From: Paracoccaceae bacterium
GTDB lineage: Bacteria > Pseudomonadota > Alphaproteobacteria > Rhodobacterales > Rhodobacteraceae
Assembly (NCBI GenBank): GCA_965208685.1
Contig: CBDBPL010000005.1
Span: 14,995-78,994 of the forward strand
Length of the DNA: 64,000 nucleotides
Direction of reading: 5' to 3'
Positions 59,774 through 64,000 of this stretch are shown one piece after another (within the stretch, counting starts at the first letter, position 1; every line of letters begins with the position of its first letter). Position numbers and translations under genes: made by a program. The notes under the pieces were generated by a model, which was not told the DNA's origin, made no database searches, and saw only the letters and a list, made by a program, of their open reading frames with translations.

Positions 59774-59873
59774 CGAAATCCTCCTGGGAAAGTTCAGCTT
59801 CGTGGCGAACACTGAACGTGAAAATCCCCGGGCGGGAAACGGCGCAGAGGTATGGGCTTAAAATGACGCTTAC

Positions 59874-60222
59874 CTTCCTGAGCGCCCGCGGACGGGCGTT
59901 GAGCACGGACGGCTTTGCCTACATTCTCGACCGGCATGTCGCCAAGGCGGTCCTGGAGACTCCGTCGCTGGCGGGCAAGCGGGTGACCCCGCATGTGCTG
60001 CGCCACGCAACGGCAATGAGCGTCCTGCATGCCTGTCGGGGAGACCCGCGCAAGGTCTCGCTGTGGCTCGGCCATGCCGATGTCAGGACCACCGAAGACT
60101 ATCTCAGGGCGTGTCCTGCCGAGAAGATGGAAATCCTTGAAGCCCATGCGCCGCCCTCCATCCGGCGGGGGAGCTTCAAGGGCGTGAAGGACAGCCTGAT
60201 GAAGGTCCTGGAAGGCAAGTGA
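59874..60222 (+). pseudogene. third recombinase gene of RIT-2, C-terminal fragment
   Basis: ...FLSARGRALSTDGFAYILDRH...RVTPHVLRHATAMSVL...LWLGHADVRTTEDYLRA parallels the RIT-1 third gene. About 60 codons between this and the 141-bp fragment are missing. Confidence 0.75.
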
Positions 60223-60317
60223 CCGTCGGGAGTAATGCCGAGCGAAAGCGGCCCTGAGCCCCTTTGATTCAACGCTCCGTCACGCCTCGCTCGGCATTAC
60301 CGGATTGTCGGCATTCT

Positions 60318-60404
60318 TTTTGGTACCTTGACGCAACGCCGACCATCATGCGGGGAATCGCCGACGATGCCGAGAGAATGCACCTTGGGCAGGTGTCGTC
60401 ATGA
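60318..60404 (+). pseudogene. C-terminal 28 codons of the RIT-1 second recombinase gene
   Basis: FWYLDATPTIMRGIADDAERMHLGQVSS-stop. ATGA overlap with the third gene at 60401. Confidence 0.75.
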
Positions 60405-61402
60405 CGGCCATCGCCCCGCACGTGAGCGCGTTTCTGCTCGAGCACCTGCCACATGTTCGTGGCGCAAGTGTCCACACGGTCAAGAGCTATGCCCATGCGA
60501 TCAAGCTGTTTGTCGTGTTCGCCGGCGAACGGCTCGAACGGCAGCCTGCGCTGATCGACATCGGACAACTTGATGCTCAACTGGTGCTGGACTGGCTTGA
60601 CTGTCTGGAAAACGACCGGGCCAACAGCGCGAGCTCGCGCAATGTCCGTCTCGCGGCAATCAAGTCCATGTTCCGCTTCCTCGAGTTGCGGATGCCGGAA
60701 AGTCTCGGCCTGTCCCGACAGATCCATGCCATCCCGGCAAAGCGTTGCGAAAACAAGCTCGTCGACTGGCTTGAACGCGATGAGTTGCAGGCTTTGCTCG
60801 ATGCCCCGAGTCTCAGCACACGTGGCGGTCTGCGCGACCGTGCCATGATGCACCTGACCTATGCCTGTGGGCTTCGGGTCTCGGAGTTGACATCTCTCAC
60901 ACTTGCCAGCCTGAACTGGCCGGGTCCGCAAAGTGTCCGGATCAGAGGCAAGGGTCGGCGAGAAAGAGTGATGCCGCTGTGGCATGCAACCCAGGAGATT
61001 CTCGGTCTGTGGATCGACCGTCGGCCTCCTCTCAAGCACGACGGCTTGTTCCCGAATGCTCGTGGCGGGATCATGAACCGACACGGCTTCGCGTCCCGTC
61101 TCGCAGTCCACGTCGAGGCCGCCAGTCGTGCATGTCCGTCCTTGGCCCGCAAGAATGTCACTCCTCATGTACTTCGACACAGCTGCGCGATTCACGTCCT
61201 GCAGGCCACCGGCGACATTCGGAAGGTATCGATATGGCTTGGACACGCCTCGGTGACGTCCACGGAAACCTATCTTCGAGCGCTTCCGGACGAGAAACTC
61301 TCCATTCTGAACAGCCACCCTGCACCGAATCTGGAGAAGGGACAGTTCGGCGACGTCGAGGACTCTCTGATCTCGTTACTCGACAGCCTCCGGACCGGTT
61401 AA
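60401..61402 (+). CDS. tyrosine recombinase, third gene of RIT-1 (RitC position)
   Basis: ...YACGLRVSELTSL...VTPHVLRHSCAIHVL...IWLGHASVTSTETYLRA. The stop abuts the right IR. Confidence 0.85.
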   Translation: MTAIAPHVSAFLLEHLPHVRGASVHTVKSYAHAIKLFVVFAGERLERQPALIDIGQLDAQLVLDWLDCLENDRANSASSRNVRLAAIKSMFRFLELRMPESLGLSRQIHAIPAKRCENKLVDWLERDELQALLDAPSLSTRGGLRDRAMMHLTYACGLRVSELTSLTLASLNWPGPQSVRIRGKGRRERVMPLWHATQEILGLWIDRRPPLKHDGLFPNARGGIMNRHGFASRLAVHVEAASRACPSLARKNVTPHVLRHSCAIHVLQATGDIRKVSIWLGHASVTSTETYLRALPDEKLSILNSHPAPNLEKGQFGDVEDSLISLLDSLRTG

Positions 61403-61493
61403 CGTAATGGCAAGAAATCAGCCTCTGGAATCTCGGGATTCCAGAGGCTTAAGCTCACTTACTCAACATTAGAATGCAGTTCAGATTAAGTTC
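61403..61493 (-). repeat. RIT-1 right terminal inverted repeat (91 bp)
   Basis: Exact reverse complement of 48831..48921. Confidence 0.9.
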
Positions 61494-61530
61494 AGAATGT
61501 TGAGCTCAACATTCTGAACTGGACTTGACA

Positions 61531-62799
61531 CGTGGCGTCCTCCGATGCCGTGAGGTCCGGCGCATCCGGTCCCGGCAGGCCGATCCGTTCCAGCGCCGGC
61601 AGCACGTCCTGCTCCAGCGCCCTGGCCATGCCGGGGTCGAGATCCTTGTGCAGGCACAGGAGCGGCCTGCCGCCGAGCGCGTTGACCCAGTAGCTCGTCG
61701 AGGCGGGCAGGCAGAGCTTCTGCCGCGACACGAAGTGCTTCGGAAGCCGTCCCTTCCGGCCCGCGTAGACCTTCACGTGCCCGTCCACCGCCAGCGTGGC
61801 GACCGTGTCGCCGCCGTCCGCCATCCAGTCCCGCGCGAGCGCGTCCTGCCAGCCCTTCACCCGCCGCTCGTCCGCCGCGAGCGCCCGGACCTTGCGCCGC
61901 AGCGTCTTCGCCTCCGGGCAGCGGTCCAGTCCGAGGACCGCGCCCCACTCCCCCGGCGCCTCGTGGCGGAGCGCCTCGGGGTTGCGGACCCGGGCCAGGA
62001 ACAGGAACGCGAGAAGGAGAAGCGTGCTCGTCAGCCCGTAGTAGCCCTTCGGCAGCGACAGGAACCTGTCCGCGTGCTGCAGGAGGCCCTCCTCCAGCAG
62101 CGCCGGCAGCGCGGCCAGGACGCCGCCGCAGGCGACCGCCGACAGCGGCTCGTCGAAGCGCGGCTGCGCCTCCGCCATCGCCCCCGCCGAGGCCGCGACG
62201 CGGCCCGCGCTGTCGCGCGCGGCCCGGCCCATCGGCGCCGCCCGGTCGCGCCGGTCCCGCCCGCTGCGGCCGAGCGGGGCTTCACGGACGGCGGACGCCG
62301 TGCCGGTTTCCGTCTCCGCAACCTCCGGTTCGGGCCGCGGCCTGGCGCCGCCGGGCATTCCGTCGCCGATGAAGCCCCGCCGGCGGTTGTGGTTGAGCGT
62401 CGCGACGGAGACCCCGAGCTCCCTGGCGGCGGCCGCGCCGCTCATGCCCTCGGCCAGGAGACGGTTCGCCGCGTCCGCCGTCTCCCCGGTTATCGCGCTG
62501 GTGCCCCGGCCCCGGCGCGGCTCGTGGAACGCCGCCTCGCCCCTGTCCCGGAGCTTGTCCAGCGCCCTGTGCACCGTCGTGCGGCTGATGCCGAACGCCG
62601 CCTGCAGGTCCCTGTGGGGGATGCCGTGCCTGGCGAACCTGGCGACCCGCAGCAGCATCGCCGGGCGGTCGTCCTCGCCGTGGCAGTCGAAGGGCTCGAG
62701 GTTGGAGAAGTAGACGGTCTGGCCGTCGTCGGACGCGAAGGAGAAGCATGAGGCGCCGATCTGGGCGGCTTCCGGGGGGCTGACGGGGAGTGTGTTCAT
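61531..62799 (-). pseudogene. N-terminal part of the outer IS transposase (423 codons)
   Basis: HTH modules (FGISRTTVHRALDKLR; ARELGVSVATLNHNRR), then ...ATLAVDGHVKVYAG...LTASEDAT before reading into the IS21 end. Rejoined with 44344..45366 it gives about 763 aa. Confidence 0.7.
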
Positions 62800-62946
62800 G
62801 AGGCTCTGGCCTGAAATGATGTTTCATATTATATTATCAGACCTTGGCCGCGCCTGTCAAGCCGGAAATCCGGAAAAACTCCTTGTCTTGCGGGGAAAAC
62901 CGGCCCTCCCGACACACGAAATCAAGTCACGAGGTCAGGACCTCTG

Positions 62947-64000
62947 AAGATGGTCCCGTCGCGGGCGTTTTCGCGGCGTTCCAGGCGTCCCTCCTTGCAC
63001 TGCGGACACGCCACGTCGCCTTCGGGCGGACGGCCGAATACGGTCACCCGTTCCTTGTCCTCGATCAGTTCCGTCGCGAACGCGGAAAGGGCGCCGCCCT
63101 CGGCAAGCAGGAACACCTGTCGGCGCGCGCGGGTCAGCGCCACGTAGAGCAGTCGCCTTTCCTCGGCGTTGGGATGCTCCTCGGGCGCCGCCATCACCAG
63201 GTCCAGCAGTGGGTCGTCCGCGATCTCGGCCGGAAACCCGAGCCTGCCGGCGCACAGCCCGAGCACCACCACGTAGTCGGCTTCCAGACCCTTAGCGCGA
63301 TGCACCGTCATGTAACTGAGGCGCAGGCGTGGATGTCGACTTCCCAGTTCGCCGAGATTGCGGGGCTTCAAGCGCCAGTAGCGGCCCAGCAGCAGCACCT
63401 TGGCACTCCCTTCGTGCCCCTTGGCATCCTCGTCGATCCGGTCGAGCGCCTCATTCAGCAACGAGAGTCCGCCTTCGCCCGGAAGGCCCACATGCACGGC
63501 TGGCCCGTCCGACTTCCGCACCGCGCGCACCGTCTTGGCGACCTGCGCGGGGTTGCGCAGCACGAAATCCGTCGCGACGGCGGAGATGCGGTCCGCGCAA
63601 CGGAACGTGGTTCCCAGGTCGATGCGCTCGAACGCGCCGAACCGTTCCCCGAATTCCCGCATCACCGCGATGTCCGATCCGCCGAATCTGTAGATCGCCT
63701 GCCAGTCGTCGCCGACCGCGAGCAGCTGCGTCCCAGGAGAGCCGTCGAGCAGCGCCTTCAGCAGGCGTGCTTGGGCAGGGGAGATATCCTGGAACTCGTC
63801 GACCAAGATGTAGCCGAAGGGGCTCCTGTACCGGCCGGACTCCACGTGTTCCGCCGCCCTGCTGATCATGTCGTCGAAGTCGATCTCCCTCGCCCGGTCC
63901 AGCGTCTCCTGGTAGCGTTCGAAAACCGGACCGAACACCTCCAGGAACACATTCGCCCGCCCGCCGTCATCAAGGGAGCGGGCCCGCCTGATGACTTCTT
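62947..64000 (-). pseudogene. helicase IV (HelD)-like UvrD-family helicase, disrupted; N-terminus lies beyond the window end
   Basis: YILVDEFQDISPAQARLLKALL...LLAVGDDWQAIYRFGGSD...MTVHRAKGLEADYVVVLG...AEERRLLYVALTRARRQV closely parallels E. coli HelD motifs. The frame is open to base 64000. ...ACPQCKEGRLERRENARDGTIF is cut at 62947. Confidence 0.8.

Larger units (their letters stand above)
56885..59873 (-). mobile_element. IS66-family element, copy B (2,989 bp), apparently identical to copy A
   Basis: Same sequence at a +3,130 offset; all six-frame ORF translations are identical. The 8-bp flanks aaggctcc and cttcctga do not match. Confidence 0.9.
50770..60316 (+). mobile_element. RIT-2: second recombinase-in-trio element (IR-delimited), carrying two IS66 copies in its third gene
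   Basis: 90-bp inverted repeats at 50770..50859 and 60227..60316 with one mismatch. Three tandem tyrosine recombinase genes. Confidence 0.8.
48831..61493 (+). mobile_element. RIT-1: recombinase-in-trio element (about 3.1 kb of its own sequence), interrupted by RIT-2
   Basis: Three tandem tyrosine recombinase genes bounded by perfect 91-bp inverted repeats at 48831..48921 and 61403..61493. Confidence 0.8.
45373..61530 (+). mobile_element. IS21-family element (about 3.5 kb of its own sequence) with a passenger gene, itself interrupted near its right end by RIT-1
   Basis: Termini tgtggagtc... and ...ggacttgaca (TGT/ACA). Repeated sub-terminal motif (a/t)ttgacccac on both ends. 6-bp direct repeat cgtggc at 45367..45372 and 61531..61536. 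Confidence 0.75.
44307..62946 (-). mobile_element. unclassified IS (about 2.48 kb of its own sequence) inserted in the helicase gene and carrying all the nested elements below
   Basis: Termini cacaggtcctgacc... and ...ggtcaggacctctg form a 14-bp IR with one mismatch. 5-bp direct repeat aagat at 44302..44306 and 62947..62951. Removing the element restores the helicase reading frame. Confidence 0.75.

Noticed and set aside
1-64000. CRISPR arrays, rRNA genes, retron/RT or group II intron signatures
   Set aside because: I saw no short regularly spaced repeats, no rRNA-like sequence and no reverse-transcriptase motifs in any frame.

Overview
GC-rich, alphaproteobacterial-looking chromosome segment; the taxon is inferred from gene content only. 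All work was done by eye from the sequence and ORF track, so every family assignment is recollection of motifs, not a search result. 1-9.4 kb is ordinary core genome: the ilvI 3' end, ilvH, class II RNR nrdJ, tRNA-Pro(UGG), a DUF192 protein, a two-domain cold-shock protein, pdxH, fabI and gpt. 9.4-20 kb is an accessory block: three copies of a ~250-bp non-coding repeat bracket two adjacent SNF2-helicase/SWIM-zinc-finger modules (one split into two genes, one fused), with a small divergent ORF, a decayed P-loop ATPase relic and an IS30-like relic. 20-29.6 kb holds catabolic and transport genes: an Asp/Glu-racemase-like protein, an FAD oxidoreductase, a TRAP transporter, an aldo/keto reductase and a P450. 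30.6-34.7 kb has two overlapping tyrosine integrases, a frameshifted HEPN-like gene and an in-frame MNT-HepT fusion. 35.5-43.3 kb is a visibly lower-GC block of orphan genes cut by two copies of a 2,333-bp IS4/Tn5-like element with an unusually long transposase; one orphan ends in an SSB-type acidic tail (DDDEIPF). 44.3-62.9 kb is a five-deep nest of mobile elements inside a helicase IV-like gene: an unclassified IS contains an IS21-like element with a Toprim passenger, which contains a recombinase-in-trio (RIT) element, which contains a second RIT, which contains two identical IS66 copies. The best candidates for an undescribed system are the SNF2/SWIM double module and the low-GC orphan block with the SSB-tail protein. 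Neither has a function I can assign.
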